NCBI GenBank assembly: GCA_964616855.1
Contig: CAZTUJ010000001.1
Location: forward strand, 451,102 to 515,101
Source of the DNA: an uncultured Gammaproteobacteria bacterium
GTDB lineage: Bacteria > Patescibacteriota > Patescibacteriia > Patescibacteriales > UBA12465
Direction: 5' to 3'
DNA length: 64,000 nucleotides
Shown: positions 37,205 through 47,573 of the stretch, piece by piece
How the letters are laid out: every line of letters starts with the position of its first letter
How positions within the stretch are numbered: position 1 is the stretch's first letter
Notes under the pieces: generated by a model
Database searches by the model: none
What the model was told of the DNA's origin: nothing
The model's input: the letters and a program-made list of their open reading frames with translations, nothing else
Translations under genes and position numbers: made by a program

Positions 37205-38929
37205 TTAAACCATGTTATCTTTCCGTTCTTTAATATACTTCGTCCACTCTTCGGCAATATCGACTAAAATCTTAAAAGGAGCCTCAATGATAAAGTCAAA
37301 GATAAAGATAAAGACGTTAACTTTGGAGACATTATTAGACAACCATTTGCCCGCCATAATAATAGGCATATAAAACAAGTCGGCTAAAAATGAGAGTAAA
37401 TTTTCCTTCTTCTCGATTACTAATAATTCTTTAATGCCCTTGGTCACAATAATACTGAAGAAACTAACAAAAGCTAAGAAGAAAAGGAAGATGGTAATAC
37501 TCACCCAGTTGAAATTAACTTTAGTTAAGACCCAGATAATGAAATAAATGGAAATAAAGAAAGTACAGGTATAAACTAAATTGAAGATAAAATTAACGGC
37601 GCGCCCGCGCTTCTTGGGATTACGCAACTTAATTGGCTGTTGTCTTTCGGAGCCAACAAAGGCAATCTCTTTCACTCCCTCGACAATCCTATCAGTATTA
37701 CTCTCCCCTGGTACGCGCGTGAAGGAAACAATAAAGAATAAGAGGACGGCCGGAAAAGCGACGTTAATTGCCAAAGCGCTGGGATTAAGGGGTTGATCAA
37801 ACCAATGGATGGCCGGAATTTCAATTAAAAAGACAAAAATGGATTTCGTTAAGAAAATATAAATAATACTGCGCAAAGCTGCGCGCCATAAACGCGCCTT
37901 CGCTTTTTTATACTTCTTATTACAAACTTTACGGACAGCGTTTAAAAAAGTTTTAGGATTCTGTTTAAATTCATTGTAGACCTTAGCCGGATCATTAGCT
38001 AAAGCTTCCTGTAAAACCGTAAAATATAAAGAATAGCGACGGACTAAACGATCAAGTTGCTTTTTTAAAGGATGTTTTAACTGAAAGGAAATGGTGTCTC
38101 TTAAAGTTTGGATATTAGTAGCAATGGCTTTAATCTGTTCTTCTTTAGGAGCAAACATCGCGTCCACCCGCTCACCAATCCAACCTTGGTTATAATATTT
38201 AAAGAGAACAAAAGAAAGCATGTCGTCATCAAAACGAGAGTAGGTGCGACTAATGCTGAGATATATTTGAATACTAAGATCGCTGCCATAAGGCAAATCA
38301 GGCGGCAGCTGAATAACCCGACTCATCGTATCAAACATGACATTAACCATCGCTTGCTTCGTCTGGTCGCTAACTAGATTTTCCTCAATTTCACAAGCGG
38401 CTAATGACAAAATCCAAGAAACCAAACGATTTTTTTCTTGAATATTATTCTTTGCCCGCTTAATATCAGTCTGTAAATTTAAACTGGAATCAAAAGCTTT
38501 AAAACACTCTTGCTTTAAACGCAAATACTTATCTAAAATTAGAACCACTTCACCGACCTTAGCTTCTGGCAAAGAATTATTAGGCAAATAGCTCGCCCGA
38601 ATTAATTCTGCCAAAAGATGCCGAGATAAATCCTCGGTTCCCTGCGTCTTTAAAAAGCCTTCAATAACAATTTGACGCTTTAAGATACGAGCAATGGCAT
38701 TTTTGCGCAAAAGATGATCCTCTTCGTAATCCACAGCATTACGCACTTTTTCATAAAAAAAGGCCATTTTGGAAATTAATTCCGAAACTTGCAAGCGCGG
38801 CGATTCATCGTCCTTATCTTGCGGACGATTAATATCATTATAAATCGCTTGGAAGAGTTTTTTGGCGTTATCATTAAACTCTTCGCCACCGGTGGCAATT
38901 TTTTTTGTTGCTAAATTAGGGCTAACCAT
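37205..38929 (-). CDS. Conserved hypothetical membrane protein
   Basis: 574-aa ORF, soluble N-terminus, several C-terminal TM helices. Confidence 0.75.
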   Translation of the reverse strand: MVSPNLATKKIATGGEEFNDNAKKLFQAIYNDINRPQDKDDESPRLQVSELISKMAFFYEKVRNAVDYEEDHLLRKNAIARILKRQIVIEGFLKTQGTEDLSRHLLAELIRASYLPNNSLPEAKVGEVVLILDKYLRLKQECFKAFDSSLNLQTDIKRAKNNIQEKNRLVSWILSLAACEIEENLVSDQTKQAMVNVMFDTMSRVIQLPPDLPYGSDLSIQIYLSISRTYSRFDDDMLSFVLFKYYNQGWIGERVDAMFAPKEEQIKAIATNIQTLRDTISFQLKHPLKKQLDRLVRRYSLYFTVLQEALANDPAKVYNEFKQNPKTFLNAVRKVCNKKYKKAKARLWRAALRSIIYIFLTKSIFVFLIEIPAIHWFDQPLNPSALAINVAFPAVLLFFIVSFTRVPGESNTDRIVEGVKEIAFVGSERQQPIKLRNPKKRGRAVNFIFNLVYTCTFFISIYFIIWVLTKVNFNWVSITIFLFFLAFVSFFSIIVTKGIKELLVIEKKENLLSFLADLFYMPIIMAGKWLSNNVSKVNVFIFIFDFIIEAPFKILVDIAEEWTKYIKERKDNMV

Positions 38930-38950
38930 ATGAATTTTTTGTTCATTTCC

Positions 38951-39027
38951 ATTTTATCTTGTTTGCCCTGAAAAAGCAACGGGAAGGACGGCGCCAGCTT
39001 GACAGACCAAAGTGATTTCGGTAATAT
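38951..39027. promoter_or_regulatory. Divergent sigma70 promoters
   Basis: -: TTGCTT(38979)-17-TAAAAT; +: TTGACA(38999)-17-TAATAT. Confidence 0.65.
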
Positions 39028-39087
39028 ATAAGCAGATACAAAAAGTGGCCTTAACGGCTCTTTTTAATATTACAAATTTTACCTAAT

Positions 39088-39273
39088 ATGAGCAAAATCA
39101 GCCGCTACTTCCAGGAGTCTCTGGAAGAAATGAAAAAAGTTACCTGGCCGACAAAAAAAGAAACCTATAATTACACAATCTTAGTAATTGTCATTTCTTT
39201 AGCCGTAGCCGCCTTTTTAGGCATCTTAGACTACGTTTTCAATCTCGGTTTCAAAGAACTTATTATTCAATAA
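39088..39273 (+). CDS. secE: Preprotein translocase SecE
   Basis: EMKKVTWPT + TM, upstream of nusG. Confidence 0.95.
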   Translation: MSKISRYFQESLEEMKKVTWPTKKETYNYTILVIVISLAVAAFLGILDYVFNLGFKELIIQ

Positions 39274-39336
39274 TTTTCTTCCTCAAGCGCGCAACAAAAC
39301 GACGGTTCAAACCGGTCGCTAGGCGCCTTTAAACTT

Positions 39337-39882
39337 ATGGCCAAACAACTTTTAAACCAAGGACGGCGCTGGTATGTTCTTCACACCTATTCCGGCTACG
39401 AAGAAAATGTCGCCCAAAATTTGAAACAACGGGTAGAATCTTTGGACATGGAAGATAAAATTTTCAATATTCTCATTCCTACCGAAAAGAAGATTAAGAT
39501 TAAAAACGGCAAACGTAAGGTGGTAGAAGAAAAGATCTTCCCTGGCTACATCTTAGTGGAAATGGAAGTAACTGATGATTCCTGGTATGTCGTCCGCAAC
39601 ACTCCGAATGTGACCGGCTTTATTGGTACCGGCACCATCCCTACCCCCATCAGCGAAGCCGAGGTTAAATCCTTGCAGAAGCGCATGGGCGTGGAAGATC
39701 CTAAATTCACGATTGATGTTATTGTTGGCTCTCCGGTTAAAATCAACGAAGGCCCCTTCAAAAATATGGAAGGCAAAGTTACCAGTATTGATGAAGCTAA
39801 AGGTAAGGTCAAGGTTTCCGTTTCTATGTTCGGTCGGGAAACTCCGGTTGAGCTCGACTTCCTCCAAATCAAAAAATCCTAA
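39337..39882 (+). CDS. nusG: Transcription factor NusG
   Basis: WYVLHTYSGYE, FPGY, KOW, FGRETPVEL. Confidence 0.97.
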   Translation: MAKQLLNQGRRWYVLHTYSGYEENVAQNLKQRVESLDMEDKIFNILIPTEKKIKIKNGKRKVVEEKIFPGYILVEMEVTDDSWYVVRNTPNVTGFIGTGTIPTPISEAEVKSLQKRMGVEDPKFTIDVIVGSPVKINEGPFKNMEGKVTSIDEAKGKVKVSVSMFGRETPVELDFLQIKKS

Positions 39883-39931
39883 TTATACCGCTTGACCGGT
39901 CGCTTCTACCGCCCAAGCCCAAAAAAATTAT

Positions 39932-40357
39932 ATGGCTAAGAAAATCAAAACTAAGATAAAATTACAAATTACCGGTGGCCAGGCCAATCCTGCGCCCCCC
40001 GTCGGTCCGGCTTTAGGCCAACATGGCTTAAACATTGCCGAATTCTGTCAGAAGTTTAACGAAGCCACCCGTGATAAGATGGGTGACGTCGTCCCGGTAG
40101 AAATTACCGTCTTCGAAGACCGCACCTATACCTTCATCCTCAAAACCCCGCCAGCTTCTGAATTGTTAAAGAAAGCCGCTGGTATCAAAAAGGGATCAGG
40201 CAAGCCTCGCTCCGACAAAGTCGGCAAAATTACCAAGGCACAGTTAGCAGAAATCGCTAAGGTAAAAATGCCCGACCTCAATGCCCGTGATTTAGATGCC
40301 GCGATGAATATTATTGCCGGTACTGCCCGTCAGATGGGCGTTGAAATCAAAGATTAA
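39932..40357 (+). CDS. rplK: 50S ribosomal protein L11
   Basis: [15 protein letters not shown]. Confidence 0.98.
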   Translation: MAKKIKTKIKLQITGGQANPAPPVGPALGQHGLNIAEFCQKFNEATRDKMGDVVPVEITVFEDRTYTFILKTPPASELLKKAAGIKKGSGKPRSDKVGKITKAQLAEIAKVKMPDLNARDLDAAMNIIAGTARQMGVEIKD

Positions 40358-40365
40358 TAATAATT

Positions 40366-40413
40366 GTGGGAGCTCGCCATGGCCTATGCCAATAACGAGC
40401 GCTATCTCACCAC
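40366..40413 (+). promoter_or_regulatory. L1-binding autoregulatory mRNA site
   Basis: GTGGGAG-CTCG...CGAG-CGCTATCTC-ACCAC, resembling the L1 operator (GGGAG/CGYUA..ACC), just before rplA. Confidence 0.65.
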
Positions 40414-40421
40414 GAAAAAAT

Positions 40422-41141
40422 ATGTCTAAAAAAGATGAAAAAAAGACACCGGTAGCTCCGGTCGTCAAAAAAAAGACCGCTGACTTCTCCGCTATTTACG
40501 ATCGAAGCAAAGCCTACAGCTTTGAAGAAGCCATTACGATTGTTAAAAAGATTAATAAAGCTAAATTTGATCCGTCCGTAGAAGTTCACATCCGCTTAGG
40601 GGTGAATCCGAAAAAGAGCGACCAACAGGTCCGTGGTGCCGTCAGCCTGCCCCATGGTACTGGTAAAACGGTCCGCGTAGCTGCTTTTGTCTCTCCGAGC
40701 AACGAAGAGGCTTGTAAGGCTGCTGGCGCTGAATTCGTTGGTGGTGATGAATTGATTGCTGAAATCAAAAAGACTGAAAAAACTGACTTTGAAGTCGCTA
40801 TTGCCGAACCCTTAATGATGAAGAATTTAGCGGTGATCGCTAAAATCCTCGGCACCAGAGGTCTAATGCCCTCCCCTAAGAACGATACCGTCTCCCCGAA
40901 TCCGGCAAAAGCGGTTGAAGAGTTGAAAAAGGGTAAAATTAGCTTCAAAAACGATGATACTAGCAATTTACACACCGTTATTGGTAAATTAAGCTTTGAA
41001 GATAAGAAATTAGCGGAAAACTTCCAAACTTTAATCGATATTATCCGCAAAGTTAAACCGGCGGCAGCTAAAGGCTCATACATCAAAAATGTGGCCATCT
41101 GTTCTTCCATGAGCCCCAGCGTTAAAGTAAGTTTAAGCTAA
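40422..41141 (+). CDS. rplA: 50S ribosomal protein L1
   Basis: KFD.SVE..RLG, VRG.V.LPHGTGK, LG.RGLMP. Confidence 0.97.
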   Translation: MSKKDEKKTPVAPVVKKKTADFSAIYDRSKAYSFEEAITIVKKINKAKFDPSVEVHIRLGVNPKKSDQQVRGAVSLPHGTGKTVRVAAFVSPSNEEACKAAGAEFVGGDELIAEIKKTEKTDFEVAIAEPLMMKNLAVIAKILGTRGLMPSPKNDTVSPNPAKAVEELKKGKISFKNDDTSNLHTVIGKLSFEDKKLAENFQTLIDIIRKVKPAAAKGSYIKNVAICSSMSPSVKVSLS

Positions 41142-41144
41142 TCC

Positions 41145-41173
41145 TTGACTTTTTTAAAAGAAAAGGTTAAACT
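41145..41173 (+). promoter_or_regulatory. sigma70 promoter
   Basis: TTGACT-17-TAAACT. Confidence 0.65.
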
Positions 41174-41179
41174 AAATAA

Positions 41180-41343
41180 GTAAGTTTTGTTAGAGACACG
41201 AGCGGCTAGTTCGTATTGCTTCAACCGAAACGATACGAACTAGCCGCTTGTAGTTTGTAGGCAACAAAGGTCGCCTTACAAGTTTTGTAAACACACGTAA
41301 TCCCGTGATTCCGCTAAGGCGGTGTCGCAGGATAAGTAAACAC
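41180..41343 (+). promoter_or_regulatory. Structured 5' UTR of the RRM gene
   Basis: 21-bp stem 41197-41250 plus two further hairpins. Confidence 0.65.
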
Positions 41344-41601
41344 ATGAAAAAGTTATTTGTCGGCGGTTTGTCTTTCCAGACAACCGAAGATGTGTTAGCG
41401 GACGCTTTTGCCAAAGCTGGCACTGTCACTTCCGCTGTCATCATCAAGGACCGCATGACTCAGCGCTCTAAGGGCTTCGGCTTCGTAGAGATGGATACTG
41501 AGGAAGAGGCGCAAGCCGCGATTGCTATGTGGAACGGCCAGGAATTAGATGGTCGCCGCGTTGCTGTCAATGAAGCTCGCCCCTTAGAAAAGCGCTTCTA
41601 A
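41344..41601 (+). CDS. Single-RRM RNA-binding protein
   Basis: RNP2 LFVGGL, RNP1 KGFGFVEM. Confidence 0.95.
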   Translation: MKKLFVGGLSFQTTEDVLADAFAKAGTVTSAVIIKDRMTQRSKGFGFVEMDTEEEAQAAIAMWNGQELDGRRVAVNEARPLEKRF

Positions 41602-41636
41602 GCTAAATCAACATCAGTTTGAAAATAGCTGGAAAC

Positions 41637-41670
41637 AAAAACTCCCCCGTAGCAATACGGGGGAGTTTTT
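41637..41670. terminator. Bidirectional terminator
   Basis: AAAAACTCCCCCGTA-gcaa-TACGGGGGAGTTTTT. Confidence 0.9.
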
Positions 41671-41683
41671 AGTATAATAAATT

Positions 41684-42109
41684 TTATTTCTTTTTTAAGA
41701 TGGGTTGGCTTTTTACTTTAGAAACAAGCGATACTGGGTGTTCTTTTTCATAAGTCTTTAAAACCTTCTGCAGACCTTCGACGGCTAGTATGGAACAATG
41801 CACTTTCTGCGGCGGTAAGCCACCGAGTTCTTTGACAACCTGCTGCCAGCCAAACTTTTTCGCTTGGGCGACTGTAAGACCTTTCACTTTTTCCGTTAAA
41901 ATTGAGGCGGTAGCAATATTGGAAGCACAACCGAAAGAAAGAAATTTAATATCCTTAATCTTCCCACCGGCAATTTTAATACTGAAAGATAATTGGTCGC
42001 CACAAACCATATTCCCGACCTCTGCTACGGCGTCTGGATTTTTGATAGCGCCAATATTCTTCGGTTTAAGGAAAGCGTTGATTGTTTTCTTAGTATAATT
42101 TAAGGACAT
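41684..42109 (-). CDS. iscU: IscU/NifU Fe-S scaffold
   Basis: GN..CGD, FGCAS, KVHCS. Confidence 0.92.
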   Translation of the reverse strand: MSLNYTKKTINAFLKPKNIGAIKNPDAVAEVGNMVCGDQLSFSIKIAGGKIKDIKFLSFGCASNIATASILTEKVKGLTVAQAKKFGWQQVVKELGGLPPQKVHCSILAVEGLQKVLKTYEKEHPVSLVSKVKSQPILKKK

Positions 42110-42119
42110 AGATAAAAAA

Positions 42120-43271
42120 TTATTTTACTGGAGAGAAAGCACGTAGGCGCTTAACCGTCTTTTTTAAAGCGGCTACAGTAATATCAATTTCTTTTTTAGT
42201 ATTATAGCGCCCCAAAGAAAAACGGATATTACTATTTAAATCATAGTCCGCCAAACCAATAGCGGAAAGAACATAGGAACTTTTTAAATTATGAGCACTG
42301 CAAGCCGAACCGGTGGAAACATAGATTCCCTGAGTAGAAAGATCCATTAGAATCGCTTCCCCTTCAATCTTGCCGAAACGGATATTTAAATTATTTTCAC
42401 TTCTCTTCTTTAGAGTACCATTAAGCCTGAGATCGGGAATTTCCTTCTGTAAACGCTGCCAAAAATAATCTCGCAACTTTTTCACTTTAGGTAAATAAGC
42501 GACCCGTTCCCGATAGGCGATTTTCAAAGCTTCCGCCAAACCAATAATACCGGGGAGATTATAGGTGCCGGCGCGCCAGCCATTTTCCTGCTCCCCACCA
42601 CTGATTAAAGGCTCAATCTTTATTCCCGGACGAACATAGGCTAAACCCACCCCCTTGGGGCCATAGAACTTATGGGCCGACAAGCTCGCTAAATCAATCC
42701 CTATTTTTTCTAAATCAATTTTTAAATAAGGAATGGCCTGAACAATATCACTATGGAAATAAGCCCCAGCCACATGTACTAATTTAGCGATGGCTTTCAA
42801 GTCTTGAACACTGCCGATTTCGTTATTAACGGCCATCACGGAAACTAACACCGTATCGCTACGCATCATTTTCTTTAAAGCCAATAAATCAAGCTGACCA
42901 TCGGCCTTTACTGGAACGAAACCAACTTCATAGCCCTCTTTTTGCAAAGACCGGGCGGTTTGGTAAACGCTCGGGTGTTCAATCGCGGAAACTAGAATAT
43001 GCCTACCTTTACTTTGATTAGCCTGCATTATTCCCCGCAGAATAAAATTGTTTGATTCACTGGCGCCACTAGTAAAAATAAGGCCAGCCGCTTCGCCGCC
43101 TAAGATTTTGGCAACTTGCCGACGTGCTTGCTCAAGAACTAGATTATTCTTCTGACCAAGGCTATGAATTGAAGAGGCGTTGCCGTAATTATCAGAAAGA
43201 TAGGGCAACATTAATTTCAAAACACGCGAATCCAGCTTGGTGGTAGCGGCATTATCAAGATAAATGGGCAT
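42120..43271 (-). CDS. iscS: Cysteine desulfurase
   Basis: YLDNAATT, SAHKFYGPKG, STGSACS. Confidence 0.95.
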   Translation of the reverse strand: MPIYLDNAATTKLDSRVLKLMLPYLSDNYGNASSIHSLGQKNNLVLEQARRQVAKILGGEAAGLIFTSGASESNNFILRGIMQANQSKGRHILVSAIEHPSVYQTARSLQKEGYEVGFVPVKADGQLDLLALKKMMRSDTVLVSVMAVNNEIGSVQDLKAIAKLVHVAGAYFHSDIVQAIPYLKIDLEKIGIDLASLSAHKFYGPKGVGLAYVRPGIKIEPLISGGEQENGWRAGTYNLPGIIGLAEALKIAYRERVAYLPKVKKLRDYFWQRLQKEIPDLRLNGTLKKRSENNLNIRFGKIEGEAILMDLSTQGIYVSTGSACSAHNLKSSYVLSAIGLADYDLNSNIRFSLGRYNTKKEIDITVAALKKTVKRLRAFSPVK

Positions 43272-43336
43272 AAGATAGGATTATTAATTACCTTTATTAT
43301 AAAACAAAAAGAGCTTTTATCCAAATCAAGCCATTT

Positions 43337-43373
43337 AAAAAACCGGACGCCCCTCAACGAGAATCCGGTTTTT
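43337..43373 (-). terminator. Probable terminator
   Basis: AAAAACCGGA...TCCGGTTTTT inverted repeat. Confidence 0.6.
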
Positions 43374-43393
43374 AATTGTCAAATATTCAATAA

Positions 43394-44173
43394 CTATTTC
43401 AATAATTCAATGCTTAAAATCACCATGTCTTCGGTGGGATGATCATTAGCGTTAACAGCCGTTGCTTCAATCTTAGTCACAATATCCATACCTTCAACCA
43501 CCTGGCCGAAATTAGTATGAGCACCATCTAACCAAGGAGTAGCGGCAGCAGTCACGATGAAGAATTGGGAACCATTGGTACCAGGACCGCCGTTAGCCAT
43601 CGCTAAAGCGCCTTTAACCAGCTTATAGGAGTTAAATTCATCTTTGAAGGTGTAGCCAGGACCACCAAAGCCGTCGTTTGACCAATCATCATCCTTGCTA
43701 TTAGGATCACCACCTTGGATCATAAAATCTTTAATCACGCGGTGAAATTTGCTGTTATTATAAAAACCAGCCTGAGCTAAATTCAAGAAATTATTAACGG
43801 TCACCGGAGATTCTTCGTTATAGAATTTCACCTTTATATCTCCTTGATTAGTTTTAATTAAAGCACCAGTGTATTGAGAAACTAAGTCAATCTGCTTATC
43901 AGGTGCTACCACTGTGGCGACAGTTGCCTTGTTTTCAGAAGAAGCAGCGACATCAGCGCCAGCTCCTGGATTCTTCTCGGCTGAGAACTCTCCTAAATCA
44001 AGCTTCTTTTCCGCGGAAGCCGCCGCTTGACCGCTTGGGGCCGCACCAGTGGCGGCAGTTTCTTCAGTATTCATATTATCGTTAACATTAGCAGTCTCAG
44101 TGCCACAAGCGGAAAGCGTCAATACGAGTAACGCTAAGCCGAGCAAGGAGAAAGATTTATAAATTTTTTTCAT
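43394..44173 (-). CDS. Cyclophilin-type peptidyl-prolyl isomerase lipoprotein
   Basis: LSA|C lipobox; FHRVI..FMIQGGDP, TNGSQFFI, WLDG.HT.FG. Confidence 0.93.
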   Translation of the reverse strand: MKKIYKSFSLLGLALLVLTLSACGTETANVNDNMNTEETAATGAAPSGQAAASAEKKLDLGEFSAEKNPGAGADVAASSENKATVATVVAPDKQIDLVSQYTGALIKTNQGDIKVKFYNEESPVTVNNFLNLAQAGFYNNSKFHRVIKDFMIQGGDPNSKDDDWSNDGFGGPGYTFKDEFNSYKLVKGALAMANGGPGTNGSQFFIVTAAATPWLDGAHTNFGQVVEGMDIVTKIEATAVNANDHPTEDMVILSIELLK

Positions 44174-44221
44174 AATATTATAGATTTAGGCCAGCCGATA
44201 GCGGCTAGGCAAATAATAAAA

Positions 44222-45688
44222 TTATACTTTAAAGCGTCGTTGCATGTCTTGGTCTTCATCATCCCGCTTTTCTTCAATTAAGAGACGGGCCTGTGTACGT
44301 AAATCTTCCAGATTTTCTAACTGCAATAAGCGTGCTCGCTCTAACAGATAGGTGTGTTCATTCCTTTCTGGTTCTTCTAAAACTTCACCTAATAAAACGT
44401 CTAAAATAGCACCAATTTTAGGACCAGGGTCTAAAGCAAGCTCGGCAATTAAGTCATGGCCGTTAAGAGCTAGCATTTTTACTGATACTGGGTCATGCTG
44501 AACTTTTTCCATCATGTACTGCAAATGCCGCAATTTATAGGGCATGCCTTTGGGCGTACCCGAGCCCAGACGATCGGCGACGCGCAAATGAATCAAATCC
44601 TGCAAATTATCACGGCCGACTTTACTAATTAAGCGCCGTACGGAAGCGGCCGTTACCTCGCCGACATTATAGTAGAACATGTGATTACGCACCAAGTTAA
44701 CCACCCGCTCCCGATCTTCATTCTTAAATTTAAGACGAGTCATAATGCGGTCAACCATTTTGGCGCCAACATATTCATGATTATAGAAAGTAACTTGGCC
44801 GTCGAGCAAGCGCCGAGTTTTAGGCTTAGCCACGTCATGCAATAAAGAAGCAAAACGAACTTGCCATTCCGGACTAGGACAATACTGTAAGGATAACACG
44901 TTATGCTTAAAAACCTGATAAATATGATGATGATTCTGACGCACCCCCACTCCCTGCTCTAATTCGGGAAGAAGATACTGCAGGAGCTTAGCTTCGTGCA
45001 AGGCCATAATCCCTTCAGCCGGGCGACTAGAACCTAGAATTTTAATCAATTCATCTCGGACCCTCTCTTTGGCCACAAATTTAAGGCTTCCCGCTAACTT
45101 AACTATTCCCCGCTGAGTTTTCGGCTCTAAAGAAAAACCAAGTTGAGCAGAGAAACGAATCGCCCGCATCATGCGCAAGGCATCCTCTTTAAAACGATCA
45201 GCCGGTTCGCCCACGGCACGAATTACTTTTTTACGGATATCTTTAACGCCGCCGAAAAGATCGACTAAAGCAAATTTTTCTTTACCCCAAGAATAGGCAC
45301 CGTCAGGACTCAACATTAACGCCATGGCGTTAACGGTAAAGTCACGACGCTCTAAATCTTTATCAAGTTGATCTTCAAACTTTACCTCATCGGGATGACG
45401 GGAGTCAGCATAGCCTTTTTCACTACGATAGGTCGTAACTTCAGCCACCGTCAATACCTCACCTTCAGAATTCCGGCAAGGAATTAACACCGTACCAAAA
45501 TCATTTTCATATTTTGCCACCGCAAATAAAGCTAAAATCTGCTCCGGCCGGGCGTTAGTAGTCAAATCCCAATCCTGTGGTTGTTTCTCCATCAAAAGAT
45601 CGCGGACACAACCGCCCACTAATTCCCCGCTAAAGCCAGCGGCAGTAATTTTCTTTAAAATCTGAAGAATGTATTCGGGAATATTCAT
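44222..45688 (-). CDS. cca: CCA-adding tRNA nucleotidyltransferase with HD domain
   Basis: VGGCVRD, DWD, RRDFTVNA, EDALR, LLHDVAK. Confidence 0.9.
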   Translation of the reverse strand: MNIPEYILQILKKITAAGFSGELVGGCVRDLLMEKQPQDWDLTTNARPEQILALFAVAKYENDFGTVLIPCRNSEGEVLTVAEVTTYRSEKGYADSRHPDEVKFEDQLDKDLERRDFTVNAMALMLSPDGAYSWGKEKFALVDLFGGVKDIRKKVIRAVGEPADRFKEDALRMMRAIRFSAQLGFSLEPKTQRGIVKLAGSLKFVAKERVRDELIKILGSSRPAEGIMALHEAKLLQYLLPELEQGVGVRQNHHHIYQVFKHNVLSLQYCPSPEWQVRFASLLHDVAKPKTRRLLDGQVTFYNHEYVGAKMVDRIMTRLKFKNEDRERVVNLVRNHMFYYNVGEVTAASVRRLISKVGRDNLQDLIHLRVADRLGSGTPKGMPYKLRHLQYMMEKVQHDPVSVKMLALNGHDLIAELALDPGPKIGAILDVLLGEVLEEPERNEHTYLLERARLLQLENLEDLRTQARLLIEEKRDDEDQDMQRRFKV

Positions 45689-45702
45689 TACAAAAAATAA
45701 TT

Positions 45703-46461
45703 TTAAGCCTTCTTCTTGGCGTCTAAATCTTTATAAAGTAAATAAGAGAAAACTAAAAAGAAGGGACTAACTAAGGCCCAAAAAACATTGGTCACGGCCG
45801 AAAATACTTGCTGACCACGATCATCAAGAAAGGATAAAGGAATACTTAACACAACGGAAATAAATAAAGCCAGAACACCGACAAAGAAAAAACGCCCAAA
45901 CACTGGCCACCAATAGCCTTTAACTAATTCTTTACTCCGCTTAATCGCCTCACCAACACCTTTTTTATCTTCTAAAACTACTAACATTGTTACAAAGGCC
46001 CAAGAAACTGCCAAAATAATACCAGGAATGATTAAAAGTAAGGTAGCTAGAAAAATCAAAATAGAGGTTACAATTGATATCCCTAAATAAGACCAGAAAA
46101 AATTCTTACTTTTGTTGAAGTGTTCTTTAACGCTCACCCCCTCTGTCTGCAAGATAAGAATTGATCCGATTTTGGCCCGAACGCCATAATAAATCGACCA
46201 CAAAATAGCAGCAACCCCTAAAATCCCAATCAAGACATAAAGACCAAATTGATCAAGATTCAACCACAGAAAAAGAACGGCCGCTAAAATGCCCACAGCT
46301 AATAAAGGTAAAAGACCAATTAAGCCCCGCAGATACATTTCCAAAAAATTAATAAAATTACGCTTATAGCTCTTCCAAGAAGCGGAGAGCAAAGCATCGA
46401 AACTAATTAACTCCGGTTTAGCCACCACGACTGGCACCGGAACGTTGTTATTTTCGTTCAT
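45703..46461 (-). CDS. Integral membrane hypothetical protein
   Basis: Multiple TMs; 'LLIIPGI','AIKRS..LVKG.WW'. Confidence 0.75.
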   Translation of the reverse strand: MNENNNVPVPVVVAKPELISFDALLSASWKSYKRNFINFLEMYLRGLIGLLPLLAVGILAAVLFLWLNLDQFGLYVLIGILGVAAILWSIYYGVRAKIGSILILQTEGVSVKEHFNKSKNFFWSYLGISIVTSILIFLATLLLIIPGIILAVSWAFVTMLVVLEDKKGVGEAIKRSKELVKGYWWPVFGRFFFVGVLALFISVVLSIPLSFLDDRGQQVFSAVTNVFWALVSPFFLVFSYLLYKDLDAKKKA

Positions 46462-46503
46462 AAAGATGAGATAGCGATTAATAATAACCGCTCTTTATTA
46501 AAA

Positions 46504-47514
46504 TTATCTAATAAACTTACGCAAACGTGAAGCCAAATCAACTAAACGCTGAGAATAACCCCATTCGTTGTCATACCAAGCGATTACTTTCAATAAATCG
46601 CCGCCCACTACCTTGGTATTCTTTAAATCGATAATAGTGCTATGGGGATTACCAATAATATCCGTGGAAACTAATTCTTCCGAAGAAGCCTCCAAAATTC
46701 CCTGCAATTTTGTTTTAGCGGCGGTAACAAAAGCTTGATTAACTTTTTCCGCACTCACTTTTTTATTTAAGACACAAACAATATCGCACAACGAGGCGAC
46801 CGGAGTGGGTACCCGCACCGCCAAGCCATCAAATTTATTCTTTAAAGAGGGGATGGTCTCAGAGACAGCTAAAGCAGCGCCGGTAGTAGTGGGGACAATA
46901 TTTAAAGCAGCGGCCCGGGCACGGCGTAAATCTTTATGGGGACCGTCAACTAAGTTTTGATCAGCGGTATAGGAATGGATAGTGGTCATCAAGGCTTTTT
47001 TGACGCCAAATTTAGCTTTGAGCACGGCCATTGCTGGCGCTAAACAATTAGTGGTGCAGGAGGCGTTAGAAATAATGTGATCGCTAGCTTTAAGCTGTTG
47101 TTCGTTAACGCCTAAAACAATAGTCTTAACTCCACCTTTCTTGGCCGGAGCGGAAATAATAACTTTCTTAGCACCCGCTTTCAAATGAAGCCCAGCACTC
47201 TCTTTATCGCAGAAACGACCAGTACACTCCAGGACTACGTCGACTTGTAATTTCTTCCAAGGCAACAAAGAAGGGTCTTTTTCCGCAAACACGGCGTAAC
47301 GCTTACCGCTAACCACTAAACCTTTTTTATCACCGCTTACCGGTCGACCGTAACGGCCATAACAAGAATCATATTTCAGTAAATGGGCTAAAGTTTCGTT
47401 ATCAGTTAAATCATTAATTGCCACCACTTTTAACTCCGGGTGCTGATCTAAGATAATTTTGAAAGCGGCGCGGCCGATACGACCGAAACCGTTGATAGCA
47501 ACATGCAAAGGCAT
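46504..47514 (-). CDS. gap: Type I glyceraldehyde-3-phosphate dehydrogenase
   Basis: INGFGRIGR, SNASCTTNCL, WYDNEWGYS. Confidence 0.98.
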   Translation of the reverse strand: MPLHVAINGFGRIGRAAFKIILDQHPELKVVAINDLTDNETLAHLLKYDSCYGRYGRPVSGDKKGLVVSGKRYAVFAEKDPSLLPWKKLQVDVVLECTGRFCDKESAGLHLKAGAKKVIISAPAKKGGVKTIVLGVNEQQLKASDHIISNASCTTNCLAPAMAVLKAKFGVKKALMTTIHSYTADQNLVDGPHKDLRRARAAALNIVPTTTGAALAVSETIPSLKNKFDGLAVRVPTPVASLCDIVCVLNKKVSAEKVNQAFVTAAKTKLQGILEASSEELVSTDIIGNPHSTIIDLKNTKVVGGDLLKVIAWYDNEWGYSQRLVDLASRLRKFIR

Positions 47515-47573
47515 ACATTTTTAAAATTAATTAAATAAGCTAATAATTTAATTATAGCATATTTTTGGCGCTA

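Noticed and set aside
39300-39320. tRNA T-arm-like GGTTCAAACC between secE and nusG
   Set aside because: Mismatched stem and no cloverleaf in the 63-bp gap.
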